DNA of 64,000 nt from a virus (IMGVR_UViG_3300033070_001537:2296-66295), one strand, 5' to 3'; positions 18,840-28,371 are shown, numbered from the stretch's first letter. Program-made: numbers and translations. The notes: a model not told the origin generated them from the letters alone.

Positions 18840-19061
18840 ATGATCACGTCGAAGGAAGACATCGAAGACGTTTTCTCCTACCACGCCCCGACCACCGAGC
18901 AGCTGGAAGCCCTGCAGGCGGTACGGATCAAAGCGAAGGAGTTCGCCGAGGTGATCCTGCACTACGCTCCGCACTCGGCGGACCGTTCCGTCGCGTTCCG
19001 GTACCTGCGGGAGTGCGTCATGACCGCGAACGCCTCCATCGTCCTCGAAGGGCGACAGTAG
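18840..19061 (+). CDS. Acb2/Tad1-like helical hairpin protein (candidate cyclic-nucleotide sponge)
   Basis: FSYHAPTTEQ...IKAKEFAEVI...SADRSVAFRYLRECVMTANASI resembles the FTYHAP...SREKSLA..KLEEAVMWANA family. Confidence 0.6.
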   Translation: MITSKEDIEDVFSYHAPTTEQLEALQAVRIKAKEFAEVILHYAPHSADRSVAFRYLRECVMTANASIVLEGRQ

Positions 19062-21044
19062 ATGGCGCGCATCGACGCGATCGGCGTGTTCTGGACCGAC
19101 ATGCCCAAGCTGCCGCCCAAGAAGGGCGACGGCTCTATCGCGTCAAACGGAGCGAGCCGGGCGGCGGTGGTCCGACGCGGGCCGCCGCCTGAGAGCGACT
19201 GGACGCCGCCTGAACATTTTCCTGAGTTAGACGGCGTCTGGTCCGTGGACGTGGAGACGCGCGACCCGCACATCATGAAGATGGGCCCGGGCTGGGCGTT
19301 CCGGGACCGCGCCGAGTACGGCGAGGTGGTTGGCATTGCGGCGAGCTGGGACGAGGGACGCGGGGCCGGCTACTGGCCGATCGGGCATGCGGTGGGGCTG
19401 CCGTACGACGGCCACAACGTCGACCCGGAGCCGGTGTGGCGGTGGCTGCGGGCGCAGATGCGGAAGCCCGCCTCCACCGTCGTGATGCACAACGCCCTGT
19501 ATGACTGGGGCTGGATCGAGCACGGGCACGGCATCGACGTCTTCGCGAAGGTCGAAGATACTATGACGTACGCCTGTCTCTTGGACGAGCACCGACGGTC
19601 GTACAAACTCGACGCCCTGTCCAAGACGTACCTGGACGAGGGCAAGGACGAGACACTTCTGCGCCGTGCAGCGGAACACTACGGCGTGGACCCGAAGTCC
19701 GGGCTGTGGCGCTTGCCGTCTGAGTACGTCGGGCCGTATGCCACCGCGGACGCCCGACAGACGCTTCGCCTCCGCCATGTGCTGGCGCCGAAGATCGTCG
19801 AGAGCCGTCTGACGGACATCTTCCGCCTGGAGACGGATCTGTTGCCCGTCCTCCTGGAGATGCGACGCGTCGGCGTACCTATCGACACGGACCGCGCGTC
19901 GCAGCTTGACGCCGCCTGGCAGACGATCGAGAACGAGCACCTGGACAAGCTGCGTCAGCTGTGCGGGCGCGGGGTCGATGTGTGGAGCAACGACGCCCTG
20001 GAGGCAATCTACACCGCGGCGAAGATTGAGTTTCCGCGCACCGCCAACGGCACGGCGAGCTTCACCAAAGGGTGGCTCGCTCAGCGGGACGACGCCGTCA
20101 GCGCATCGATCATGGAAGTCCGCCGTCGGAGCAAGGCGCGCGGGACCTTCCTGCAGAACGCCATCCTGGGGCACACCGTGGACGGTCGCATCCACGGCAA
20201 TTTCAATCCGCTCCGCAGCGACGACACGGGCACGATCAGTGGGCGCTTCAGCAGCACCTCGCCCAACCTCCAGCAGGTGCCGGCGCGAGACGAGGAAATC
20301 GGGCCCGACGTGCGCTCGTGCTTCGTGCCCGAAGCGGGGCACGAGTGGGCGGCGCTTGACTTTTCGCAACAGGAGCCGCGGCTCACGGTGCACTACGCTG
20401 TGAAGATCGCGGCCCGCGGCGCCATGTCCGCGGCAGAGGAGTACCGCACCAACCCGCGCACCGACTTCCACGATTACGTGTCGTCCATCACGGGACAGCC
20501 GCGGAAGAAGGCCAAAGGCATCAATCTCGGTCTCATCTACGGCATGCAGGAGCTCACCCTGTGCCGGCACGTCGGGCTGCCCACGGAGTTCGTCAACGTG
20601 CGAGGCGAACAGCGAGAGATCCCCGGGCCTGAGGCCCGTGAGCTCTTCTGCACGTATCACGACCGCCTGCCGTTTGTGTCCATCCTGAGCGAGGAATGCC
20701 AGGCGCGCGGCAAGAAGTACGGACATCTCCGCACCATCGGCGGACGGCTCGTTCGCTTCCCGCGCGGGCAGAAGCTGCATGCGGCGCTGAACCGACTCAT
20801 CCAGTCCTCTGCCGCCGACTGGACCAAGCGGGCTATGGTCGACCTGTACCGCGACGTCGGCGTGGTCCCACATGTGACGGTGCACGACGAGCTCGGATTT
20901 AGCGTCCTGCCCGACGATAACTACCGCACCGCCCGTCGGTACGCCGAGGTGATGGCGAACTGCATGGCGTGTGAGGTGCCTATGTTGGTAGACATCGAAG
21001 TAGGCCGCAGCTGGGGCCACGCGACGGAGAAAGTGATCGGATGA
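19062..21044 (+). CDS. polA: family A DNA polymerase with 3'-5' exonuclease
   Basis: Exo motifs DVET, HNALYD, YATAD; Pol motifs DFSQQEPR, RKKAKGINLGLIYG, TVHDEL. Confidence 0.96.
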   Translation: MARIDAIGVFWTDMPKLPPKKGDGSIASNGASRAAVVRRGPPPESDWTPPEHFPELDGVWSVDVETRDPHIMKMGPGWAFRDRAEYGEVVGIAASWDEGRGAGYWPIGHAVGLPYDGHNVDPEPVWRWLRAQMRKPASTVVMHNALYDWGWIEHGHGIDVFAKVEDTMTYACLLDEHRRSYKLDALSKTYLDEGKDETLLRRAAEHYGVDPKSGLWRLPSEYVGPYATADARQTLRLRHVLAPKIVESRLTDIFRLETDLLPVLLEMRRVGVPIDTDRASQLDAAWQTIENEHLDKLRQLCGRGVDVWSNDALEAIYTAAKIEFPRTANGTASFTKGWLAQRDDAVSASIMEVRRRSKARGTFLQNAILGHTVDGRIHGNFNPLRSDDTGTISGRFSSTSPNLQQVPARDEEIGPDVRSCFVPEAGHEWAALDFSQQEPRLTVHYAVKIAARGAMSAAEEYRTNPRTDFHDYVSSITGQPRKKAKGINLGLIYGMQELTLCRHVGLPTEFVNVRGEQREIPGPEARELFCTYHDRLPFVSILSEECQARGKKYGHLRTIGGRLVRFPRGQKLHAALNRLIQSSAADWTKRAMVDLYRDVGVVPHVTVHDELGFSVLPDDNYRTARRYAEVMANCMACEVPMLVDIEVGRSWGHATEKVIG

Positions 21045-21328
21045 CAACGAAGAACGCCAACGAACCCAACGAATGGTGCATCGACCTCAACAGGCTGCCC
21101 TTCAAAGTGGTGAATCGACGCGCGTCGCTCCTGGACGAGCAGGTGATTGAGCGCCTCCCACCTCCGATCCTAGAGGCGCTGGGCCGTGTGATCCACGGCG
21201 CCTTGGGCTGGGCGATCAACGAACGTGACGAGCCGCCGCAAGTGGTGGAGATCTCTGTGGAACGCCGGTGCGAGGCGTGTCAATTGCTCCTTTCTCCTCA
21301 CTGTCAACAAACTGGGTCTTGCAGATAG
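21041..21328 (+). CDS. hypothetical protein
   Basis: ATGA coupling to polA. Confidence 0.5.
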   Translation: MTTKNANEPNEWCIDLNRLPFKVVNRRASLLDEQVIERLPPPILEALGRVIHGALGWAINERDEPPQVVEISVERRCEACQLLLSPHCQQTGSCR

Positions 21329-21347
21329 TCGAGGTCCACGATATATT
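21319..21347 (+). promoter_or_regulatory. sigma70-like promoter
   Basis: TTGCAG-N17-TATATT. Confidence 0.7.
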
Positions 21348-21398
21348 CGATGGACAACGACGTGCAGGACACTTCACTCAACGAACAGGATCTCCCAC

Positions 21399-22076
21399 AT
21401 GGCTCGCACACGACTCGCCCCCGCCGCAGGTGACAAGGTTCTTGTCATCAACCCCGAATCCTCGTACATCGGCCGCACCGGCACCGTTCTTCGCATCCGC
21501 GGTCAGAAGGCGCCGTATCAGGCGGTGATCCAGCTCGACGATCGCGCCGACGGGCCGTCGCCCGTCACGGAGCTCGTGCTCATGCGCGATGAGGTGATGC
21601 GCACGGAGCTCGTCACGGTAGGCATGGCGCGGGAAATCGAGCGTCAGCGGATCGCCCTGGAAGCCCAGCGCATGGAAGAAAACGAAGCGGCCCTCGCCCG
21701 CTATCGTGCGCGTCGGCTCGCACGGTACATCGAATCCCGCGACAAAGGCATCACCGACTGTCACGGTGCCGCTGAATTTCGTGTCCGCAACGAATTGGGC
21801 GAAAACGTATTTCTCGACGTCGACGCCAAGATCCGCGGGCACACTTATTTCTCCGAAGGCATCACAGGTCGGGTCGGCACGTCGTTCGGGGACTTCGAAG
21901 CATCAATCAACTGGGATGCATACGGCTCCGTCAAGCCAGAGCAGGCGCTGAAGTTCGCGGAGACGCTCGCCGAAGCGGCCCGTCGCGTGATGAAGTTTCG
22001 CGAGGAGATGGAAGCACGCGAAGGCATCGTGTACAACGCCCCTGTTCACAACCCCACACAGGACATCGCCGAATGA
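21399..22076 (+). CDS. hypothetical protein with N-terminal KOW/SH3-like segment
   Basis: ATG after ACAGGA; GDKVLVINPESSYIGRTGTVL. Confidence 0.65.
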   Translation: MARTRLAPAAGDKVLVINPESSYIGRTGTVLRIRGQKAPYQAVIQLDDRADGPSPVTELVLMRDEVMRTELVTVGMAREIERQRIALEAQRMEENEAALARYRARRLARYIESRDKGITDCHGAAEFRVRNELGENVFLDVDAKIRGHTYFSEGITGRVGTSFGDFEASINWDAYGSVKPEQALKFAETLAEAARRVMKFREEMEAREGIVYNAPVHNPTQDIAE

Positions 22077-22738
22077 GCTCGCGTCCAGTCCAAGAGCCCG
22101 TCACCATCCAGGACGGGCTCACCAAGGAGTCTGACGGCACCGTCACCCGTCACCCTGCCTTCGCACAGATCAGCGCGTCGCGCGTGTCGTCCGGCGGCCC
22201 CGGCGTGCCGCTGTACGGCAGCGACTTCAACCACCAACACTTCGTTTCCATCACGATTCGATCCTCCGAAGAGCGCCGGGACCTCAACCACTACTGGCAC
22301 TTCGGCGGACGCGACCTCATCGAGGTGCATCTCAGTGAGGCCCAGTGGGCGACGTTTGTTAGCTCGATGAACGTCGGCATGGGCGTGCCGTGCACGCTAG
22401 CCTTCCAGGCAAAGGAAGGCGCCGGCGAGGTTCCGCGCCTCACGCTCCGCGACACGGAGAAGGTGTTCAACGAGGAGCTCGCTGCCAAGGTCGCCAAGAT
22501 GGAGCGCCTACTCCAGGAAGCGATGGACGCGGCGGAGCCGTTGTTGGACGGCCTGTCCGCGAAGAAGCACATCGAAAAGACGATCGAGAAGGCGAAGATC
22601 GAAGTCAATACGTACATCCAGCATTCTGTGGTCTCTGCAGGCCTGAAGGCGCTCCAAAACGAAGCGATCCTCACACTCGGACCCTCCCCGTCCGAGTCCA
22701 CCTCACTCCAGTTGACGTCCGGAGAACCGACCGAATGA
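22073..22738 (+). CDS. hypothetical phage protein
   Basis: Coupled ORF; HPAFAQISASRVS...LSEAQWATFVSSMNVGMGVPCT. Confidence 0.7.
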   Translation: MSSRPVQEPVTIQDGLTKESDGTVTRHPAFAQISASRVSSGGPGVPLYGSDFNHQHFVSITIRSSEERRDLNHYWHFGGRDLIEVHLSEAQWATFVSSMNVGMGVPCTLAFQAKEGAGEVPRLTLRDTEKVFNEELAAKVAKMERLLQEAMDAAEPLLDGLSAKKHIEKTIEKAKIEVNTYIQHSVVSAGLKALQNEAILTLGPSPSESTSLQLTSGEPTE

Positions 22739-23940
22739 GTCATTTCAGCCTGTTTGTGCCCATCACCGCCGCCCGCCTCACGCGGCACGACGGCGACGTC
22801 CTCGACGCCCTCGAGCACATGCTCATGCCGTTCCATGAGTTCGAGTGCACGGGGTACGATAACGAGTACGTCCAGTCCATCGACATCCTGCCTGAGGCCC
22901 GCGAGGCCTACGCGACGAAGCTGGAGCGGCGAGTCCGCCTGGCGGACGGGACGACGCACAGCCGCTGGGACAGTCGGTTCTACGTGCCTGACCTGGATAA
23001 GCCGATGCATCGGTTCAACAACAAACGCCCCACGAAGTTCGTGCTGCCTGAGGGTGCGGAAGAGATCGAGGCGCCACCGTCGTCCTACCAGACGTTTGAA
23101 GAGTACCTCGACGAAGAGCACGAAGGCACCACCGTCATCCGCCCTAACGACATCGTGGTGTACGGCATCGGCGAGAAGGAGTCGCCCACGAAGTTCGGAT
23201 GGCGCCGCATCGGTGCAGACGGACAGACGATCGAGCTCGTCCGCCGCACCAACCCCAACCGCCACTGGGATTGGTGGCAGGTAGGCGGGCGATACGGCGG
23301 ACGCCTGCCGCTCAAGGGCCGGGACGTCACAGGCCACCGCTATGTCGATGTCGCGCGGGTGGAGGAGATCGACTTCGGCGCCTGGCGCCTGCAGGCCGCG
23401 GAGCACGACGCGGCGATCTGGTCCATGGTGCAGACGACCATCGAGCCGATGGAAGGCGAAGCGCCCATGGTGCAGTGGTCCACGTTGATCAAGGACAACG
23501 AACTCGACCACGAGTTGCGCCCCGCCCTGTTGCTGGCCTGGAAAGCGGCCAACCCCGGCGTGGACGAGTCGGTGTTCCACGAGGAGCGCAACAACAAGTG
23601 CGACGCGGTGCGGGCGATGTACAACGCTCAGCCCGCCGTGCAACGGCTGTTGTCGCACGTCAGCGACGACGTCAGGAACCTGATGTACTTCGACAACGAA
23701 CGCCTGGAGCGGTTCGCGACGTGGACGTGTCAGCAGGTCGAAGCCTACGCGGCCAAGCATGCCGTCGGATGCTTCGCGTTCCTGGACCGCGAGGAGGTGT
23801 GGCACGAGCGCGGGAAGATGCTGTGGTTCGCTGCCGTGAAGGACGAAAAGGATGACGATGTCTGGCAGGACGAAATCAATCGATTCCTCGCCACCCTCCA
23901 GCCCGACGACACGCTCGCCGTCGTCGACTGCCACATCTGA
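22735..23940 (+). CDS. hypothetical phage protein
   Basis: MSHF...LMPFHE...NPNRHWDWWQVGGRY...DTLAVVDCHI; coupled ORF. Confidence 0.75.
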   Translation: MSHFSLFVPITAARLTRHDGDVLDALEHMLMPFHEFECTGYDNEYVQSIDILPEAREAYATKLERRVRLADGTTHSRWDSRFYVPDLDKPMHRFNNKRPTKFVLPEGAEEIEAPPSSYQTFEEYLDEEHEGTTVIRPNDIVVYGIGEKESPTKFGWRRIGADGQTIELVRRTNPNRHWDWWQVGGRYGGRLPLKGRDVTGHRYVDVARVEEIDFGAWRLQAAEHDAAIWSMVQTTIEPMEGEAPMVQWSTLIKDNELDHELRPALLLAWKAANPGVDESVFHEERNNKCDAVRAMYNAQPAVQRLLSHVSDDVRNLMYFDNERLERFATWTCQQVEAYAAKHAVGCFAFLDREEVWHERGKMLWFAAVKDEKDDDVWQDEINRFLATLQPDDTLAVVDCHI

Positions 23941-24170
23941 TGTCCACGCGACCGAACCTCCGTCGTTCCCCCACGCCCGTGCTGTTGGGCGTGGAGGAAC
24001 CGAAGTCCAAGGGCGAGCCCAAGCCCAAAGCCAAAGGGCCCGTGGTGGCGCGCATCACCCTCCTCAACCCGTTCGTCATCAAGGCGCTCCGTGTTACCAA
24101 GCTGCTCGGCCGCAGCTTGTCGGTGGAGTTTGACGGGTTTGCCATCATCCTCCGGGCGCACGAATGGTGA
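23940..24170 (+). CDS. small hypothetical protein
   Basis: TGATG coupling. Confidence 0.55.
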   Translation: MSTRPNLRRSPTPVLLGVEEPKSKGEPKPKAKGPVVARITLLNPFVIKALRVTKLLGRSLSVEFDGFAIILRAHEW

Positions 24171-24682
24171 CCCACATCATCCGCTCTGCTCCGTTACTGG
24201 ACGGGTCGGGCACGACAGTCATTCAGCTGCACCCGCCGAACGCACCCGACGCGCCCGACCCCCGCATCCCCGCCGAGCGCATCCCCGCCGAGCGCATCCC
24301 CGAGACGTATCGCAATATCCTCATCGCAGCCGTCGACACCGCCTGGGCGGCCGGGCACGACGCAGGCACGGGGGAGGACTTCCCGCTCACCACGGACGAG
24401 ATCATCCTGTCACTGATCCCGCTCGTGCGCGAGCAGAACACAATTCGCCGCCAGCGCATCGCCACGCAGACCGCACGGCTCGCCGCGCTGGAGCGCCGCG
24501 CCCTCTTCATGCTGTCGTGCTGCGAGGTGCGGTTCAACGACATCGAAATCGAGTCCTGGGAACACCTGGACGCTATCATGGAACACCTGGACAAGGGAGG
24601 GGACGGGCATGTCGACGGTTACGTCTGTCATGGACGAGGTGAAGAAGATGCTCGGAGAGCCCCGTGGCTAGAAGAACGATGA
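24164..24682 (+). CDS. hypothetical protein
   Basis: Coupled ORF with a short RIPAE tandem repeat. Confidence 0.5.
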   Translation: MVTHIIRSAPLLDGSGTTVIQLHPPNAPDAPDPRIPAERIPAERIPETYRNILIAAVDTAWAAGHDAGTGEDFPLTTDEIILSLIPLVREQNTIRRQRIATQTARLAALERRALFMLSCCEVRFNDIEIESWEHLDAIMEHLDKGGDGHVDGYVCHGRGEEDARRAPWLEER

Positions 24683-25044
24683 CAATGGCGGAGTGGCGGA
24701 CGGAGGGCATGGCGTTGTTCGGCACGAACAGCCGTGCGTGGCGCTTCGTCTGCCCGATGTGCAAGGGCGTCATGTCGGTCCAGGACTACTTTGACGTCGG
24801 CGCGCCGGAAGGGACCATCGGCTTCAGTTGCATCGGCCTGTACCGAACAGACGCCAATGCCGGCGCGGACGTCTGGAATCGCCTGCGTGCGATGCAGTGG
24901 TGTACCTACGCAGGCGGCGGGCTGTTCAAGCTGCACCCCATCATAGTCATCAGCGACGACGGCGACCAGGTGCCGTTCTTTGACTTCGACCGCAGCACCC
25001 CGCTCGCCATCGTGCCTGATCAGCCGGCGGGGCCGGTCACATGA
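24679..25044 (+). CDS. VVA0879-like Cys-rich phage protein
   Basis: WRFVCPMCK.V.SVQDY...FSCIG...CTYAGGGLFKLHP. Confidence 0.7.
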   Translation: MTMAEWRTEGMALFGTNSRAWRFVCPMCKGVMSVQDYFDVGAPEGTIGFSCIGLYRTDANAGADVWNRLRAMQWCTYAGGGLFKLHPIIVISDDGDQVPFFDFDRSTPLAIVPDQPAGPVT

Positions 25045-25241
25045 CGCCCTCGCACAGCGGCGTCGATGTGCTCAACGTCACGGGGACGTGCGTCGTGCTA
25101 GGCAACACGGTGGTAGGCGTCTGGTCCGTCACGGAGTACGATCTTGCGACCTGCCGCAGGCTCGCTGCGGCACGGGCACGTATCATCAAGGGCTCGGCAC
25201 GCGACACCGTGCTGGGCCCTGTCATCATGGAGACGGCGTAG
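25041..25241 (+). CDS. small hypothetical protein
   Basis: ATGA coupling. Confidence 0.5.
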   Translation: MTPSHSGVDVLNVTGTCVVLGNTVVGVWSVTEYDLATCRRLAAARARIIKGSARDTVLGPVIMETA

Positions 25242-25242
25242 C

Positions 25243-25848
25243 GTGCGATCGACCCATAACTTCCGCGAGTGGATCTGTCGATTCAACGCGGCGATGGCTG
25301 CCTTCACCTTGGCCGAACCGCCTCAAGAGATGGTGGCGGCGTGGTTCACGACGGACGACGAGCGCCTGCAAGGCTGGGTCTTGGACAATCTCCAGTCTAC
25401 CGCCATGGACTGGGCGCAGGGCATTGAGATCATCGACGCTTGTGAAAAGCTCGCCGACACGCCCTGTGAAGACCTGCAGGATGAGGGCCGACCGGAGATG
25501 TTCCGCCGTCCGGAGCCGCCTGAGCCCGGCCCGATCCAGCACGTCGGACTCTATCCGTACCGCCTGGAGCGATCCGACGCTGATCTCGAGCGGATGTTTA
25601 TGCAAGAGTGGCAGACAGAGAACGAGCGTAGCGACTTGCTTCGCTGGCTCCTGACGCCGCCGACCTCCAATCTCTGTCCCGACACGATCACGCAGGACCG
25701 AGCCACGGTGGCAGCGACCATTGTGCAGTGGCTCGGCTCACCGGTCGGCTACGAGTTTGTCTGTCGTGTCCTTCGCTCCCGCGGCTTCCGGGTTGAAGCG
25801 CCTGAAGGCCCTCGTCGCATCACCCAACGTCACATGGACATCCCGTGA
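25243..25848 (+). CDS. hypothetical protein
   Basis: GTG after GGAG; C-terminal ATVAATIVQWLGSPVG segment. Confidence 0.6.
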   Translation: MRSTHNFREWICRFNAAMAAFTLAEPPQEMVAAWFTTDDERLQGWVLDNLQSTAMDWAQGIEIIDACEKLADTPCEDLQDEGRPEMFRRPEPPEPGPIQHVGLYPYRLERSDADLERMFMQEWQTENERSDLLRWLLTPPTSNLCPDTITQDRATVAATIVQWLGSPVGYEFVCRVLRSRGFRVEAPEGPRRITQRHMDIP

Positions 25849-26030
25849 TCTCTCGCACCGACGGCGCCGTTATCACTTTCTTCGCCCTCCTGGTCGTGTT
25901 CTTCGTCGCTGACACCTTGGTCGACGTGCAGCGACGCCGCTCGTGGTCTGATGAGGTGACGGACGAGCTCGACGACATGCTCGCCCGCCGTCGTGCGGAC
26001 AGAGAGGAGGACCGACGTGGGCCGTCGTGA
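25845..26030 (+). CDS. small single-TM membrane protein
   Basis: Hydrophobic AVITFFALLVVFFVA stretch. Confidence 0.55.
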   Translation: MISRTDGAVITFFALLVVFFVADTLVDVQRRRSWSDEVTDELDDMLARRRADREEDRRGPS

Positions 26031-26643
26031 GTCCAAGGTATGGTCCATCTTGTCCGCCGCCCTCGCGCTGAACCACTGGAGCGGCTGGCGGATAGAGGTC
26101 AAGAGCGCCGGCTTCCCCGACGTCCTGCTCTTCCCGCCCGTCAACCACACGGGCGACCCGCGCACGGCGTTCATCGAGCTCAAAGCCATACCCGAAGTGC
26201 CCGTTGACACCAGTCATCGGTTCTCGTTGCTCTGGGCGTCCCCGTCGCAGCCCATCACGCTGATGTCGCTCGCGATGCTCGGCGCTCCTGCGGGGGCGCT
26301 GGTGCGGTACGGCATCGTCGACGGCCCGCGGCACCGGCAGCAGACGCTCCGGGTCTGGTGTTTGTTTCGCGCCCGTCCGTCGCCGCTGTGGGTGCAGGCG
26401 TCGCTGAAAAAGGTCGCGCTCAAGGGCGACGATTCCGACGCCGTCTACCCCGATGCGCTGTGCATTGTGAAGCCCGGCGAGTATGAGGAGACGAAGCTCG
26501 CCGTGGCGTTGCGGTCCTGGTACGGCTGGCCCATCGGTCCAAAGAGACCGCCCATGCCTGCCTACGACCAGTGGACCGTGCCGCCAGCCAACGCCGACGA
26601 CGCGGTCACGTGGCGGGCCGTCCCCGATCTCTTCCGTCCATGA
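26017..26643 (+). CDS. PD-(D/E)xK nuclease (VRR-NUC/resolvase-like)
   Basis: RESKVW...AGFPDV...FIELKA. Confidence 0.7.
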   Translation: MGRRESKVWSILSAALALNHWSGWRIEVKSAGFPDVLLFPPVNHTGDPRTAFIELKAIPEVPVDTSHRFSLLWASPSQPITLMSLAMLGAPAGALVRYGIVDGPRHRQQTLRVWCLFRARPSPLWVQASLKKVALKGDDSDAVYPDALCIVKPGEYEETKLAVALRSWYGWPIGPKRPPMPAYDQWTVPPANADDAVTWRAVPDLFRP

Positions 26644-27047
26644 CCTTGTTGCGCACCAAGCCCTCTCGCACGTACATCGTCGGCGAGCCCACGCTGACCC
26701 GCGCGGGACGCGGGCAGTATGCCGTCGTCTATCCGCTGGCCTGGTGGATGGACGGCACGATGTACATGGTCCACGCACAATTCCGCACCGATGGCGGCAG
26801 CATCCCGCCGCTCTGCTGGCCCATCGTGGGACATCCGTACAGCCCGTCGTCTCTCCGTGCCTGCATCATCCATGACTGGCTCTGCCGCGAGCGCACGATG
26901 CCGCCTGGGCTGGTGCATGACATCTTCTACGATCTGTTGTTGCACGACGGCGTCGCACCGCTCCGCGCCTGGCTCATGTGGACGGCGGTCAAGAACTTTG
27001 GGCCCACATGGCACACCCCGACCCAGGCGGAGACTCCGCATGGCTGA
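26640..27047 (+). CDS. DUF1353-like protein
   Basis: TDGGSIP..W...P...ACIIHDWL...DIFY..L..DGV...AWLMWTAVK.FG. Confidence 0.8.
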   Translation: MTLLRTKPSRTYIVGEPTLTRAGRGQYAVVYPLAWWMDGTMYMVHAQFRTDGGSIPPLCWPIVGHPYSPSSLRACIIHDWLCRERTMPPGLVHDIFYDLLLHDGVAPLRAWLMWTAVKNFGPTWHTPTQAETPHG

Positions 27048-27435
27048 CCTCGGTACGCTGAACATGGAGGTGACCGTTCGAGACACCTCCGGCATCACCA
27101 AACAAATTCTCGACACCCTTCTCCTTCTCCACACCAAGGTAAACATCATGGCAGACAGCATCAGCGACCTCAAGGCATCCGTCGGCGAATTGCAGACGGC
27201 CCTCGCCTCCCTCCAGGCGACGGTGGACACGAAACAGCAGGCGATCTCCGACACGTTGGCCCGCCTGGAATCGATCATCTCCGACGGCATGGTGTCAGCG
27301 GAGGCGCTCACCGAGCTGAAGAACGGATTGCAGACCGCCCTGGGCACGGTCAAGGACATCGAGCAGGACGTCAGCGACACGCCCCTTCCGGCGGACACGA
27401 CGGCGCCTGTCGACCCGAACGCCCCGTCGGCGTAA
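27040..27435 (+). CDS. coiled-coil hypothetical protein
   Basis: Heptad-rich ISDLKASVGELQTALASLQ; GGAG upstream. Confidence 0.65.
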   Translation: MADLGTLNMEVTVRDTSGITKQILDTLLLLHTKVNIMADSISDLKASVGELQTALASLQATVDTKQQAISDTLARLESIISDGMVSAEALTELKNGLQTALGTVKDIEQDVSDTPLPADTTAPVDPNAPSA

Positions 27436-27455
27436 GCGAAAGAACGACACGAGAT

Positions 27456-27517
27456 GCGGAGACTGCCACGCCTTGGAAGGGGTCAGGGCGTGGCAGACTT
27501 CCGCGAGGAACGCGGAA
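27456..27517. other. GC-rich stem-loop cluster in intergenic region
   Basis: CTGCCACGCC...GGCGTGGCAG and TTCCGCG-AGGA-ACGCGGAA inverted repeats. Confidence 0.55.
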
Positions 27518-27684
27518 CGTGTGGCGAAGGGCAGATTGGACGGCGTCATGTGGCAGATGCAGCGAGATCGCTGTCGATCGTTTGACAGTGAGACAAGTGG
27601 GAACGATATAAGATGCTCCAACGATAGTGCGCCCAGCAACGATGTGCAGGACAACTACCTCAAACGGTGTACGGAGATCAGACG

Positions 27685-27969
27685 ATGAAACCTGCGCTGA
27701 CAGACCCACCCATCACGCGGTACGAGATCGTCGGCTACCCTCACCCAACGGAACCGTTCGGCGAGATCACGATGGAGGACCACCCGCGCCCGACCGGAGG
27801 CTGGGTGCGGTGGTCCGACGTGGAGACGCTGTTCACGAGGGCCGACGTGGCGATGTTGAAGGACCTCCACCTGGCGACGATAGGCATGTCGGCCAACACC
27901 AACCGCGATATCTTTTCGCTCATCGAGCGGATCGAGGCGCTCCTTCCTCCTCCGCCAGCGAACCTCTAG
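27685..27969 (+). CDS. hypothetical protein
   Basis: ATG after GGAG; its TAG overlaps the first base of the repeat element. Confidence 0.65.
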   Translation: MKPALTDPPITRYEIVGYPHPTEPFGEITMEDHPRPTGGWVRWSDVETLFTRADVAMLKDLHLATIGMSANTNRDIFSLIERIEALLPPPPANL

Positions 27970-28371
27970 CACGGATCTTGCTTCGCGCGCGCGCACGGTA
28001 GGAGTTATTGAGCTATTGGCTATTGGCGGAATCTTTTTCGGGTTTGGTGTTCATACGGGTATCGAAGAGATTGCTCGTACGGGATTTAAGGCGAATCGGT
28101 TTACTAGAAACGAATTGAAACTCGAAAACGGAAAGTCACGCGCGCATGTGAGTTTCGGTATTTCGGTTCGCCGTGAGGTGTTTGGGCGTGAGATGCCGTC
28201 AGACAACGTCGAATATCGCTGCCCAGTTACGTTCGAGTCATCACACTCGCCTACAACCTCATATCAACAATCTCGTAGAGTACCAAACATTTACCGTAAG
28301 CCAAAAGATTCCGCCAATAGCCAATAGCTCAATAATTTCTACCGTGCGCGCGCGCGAAGCAAGAACCGTGC
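27969..28371. repeat. non-coding palindromic element, copy 2
   Basis: Same inverted arms and same core (TTTAAGGCGAATCGGTT...GAAACTCGAAAACGGAAAGTCACGCGCGCATGTGAGTTTCGGTA) as 1889-2195, plus about 100 bp of extra core sequence. Confidence 0.92.

Noticed and set aside
24261-24305. 15-bp tandem repeat (CGCATCCCCGCCGAG) encoding RIPAE
   Set aside because: Short in-frame slippage repeat in a low-complexity linker; no sign of phase variation
1889-28371. Insertion sequence interpretation of the twin elements
   Set aside because: No transposase in the window and no convincing target-site duplication; kept only as a non-autonomous possibility
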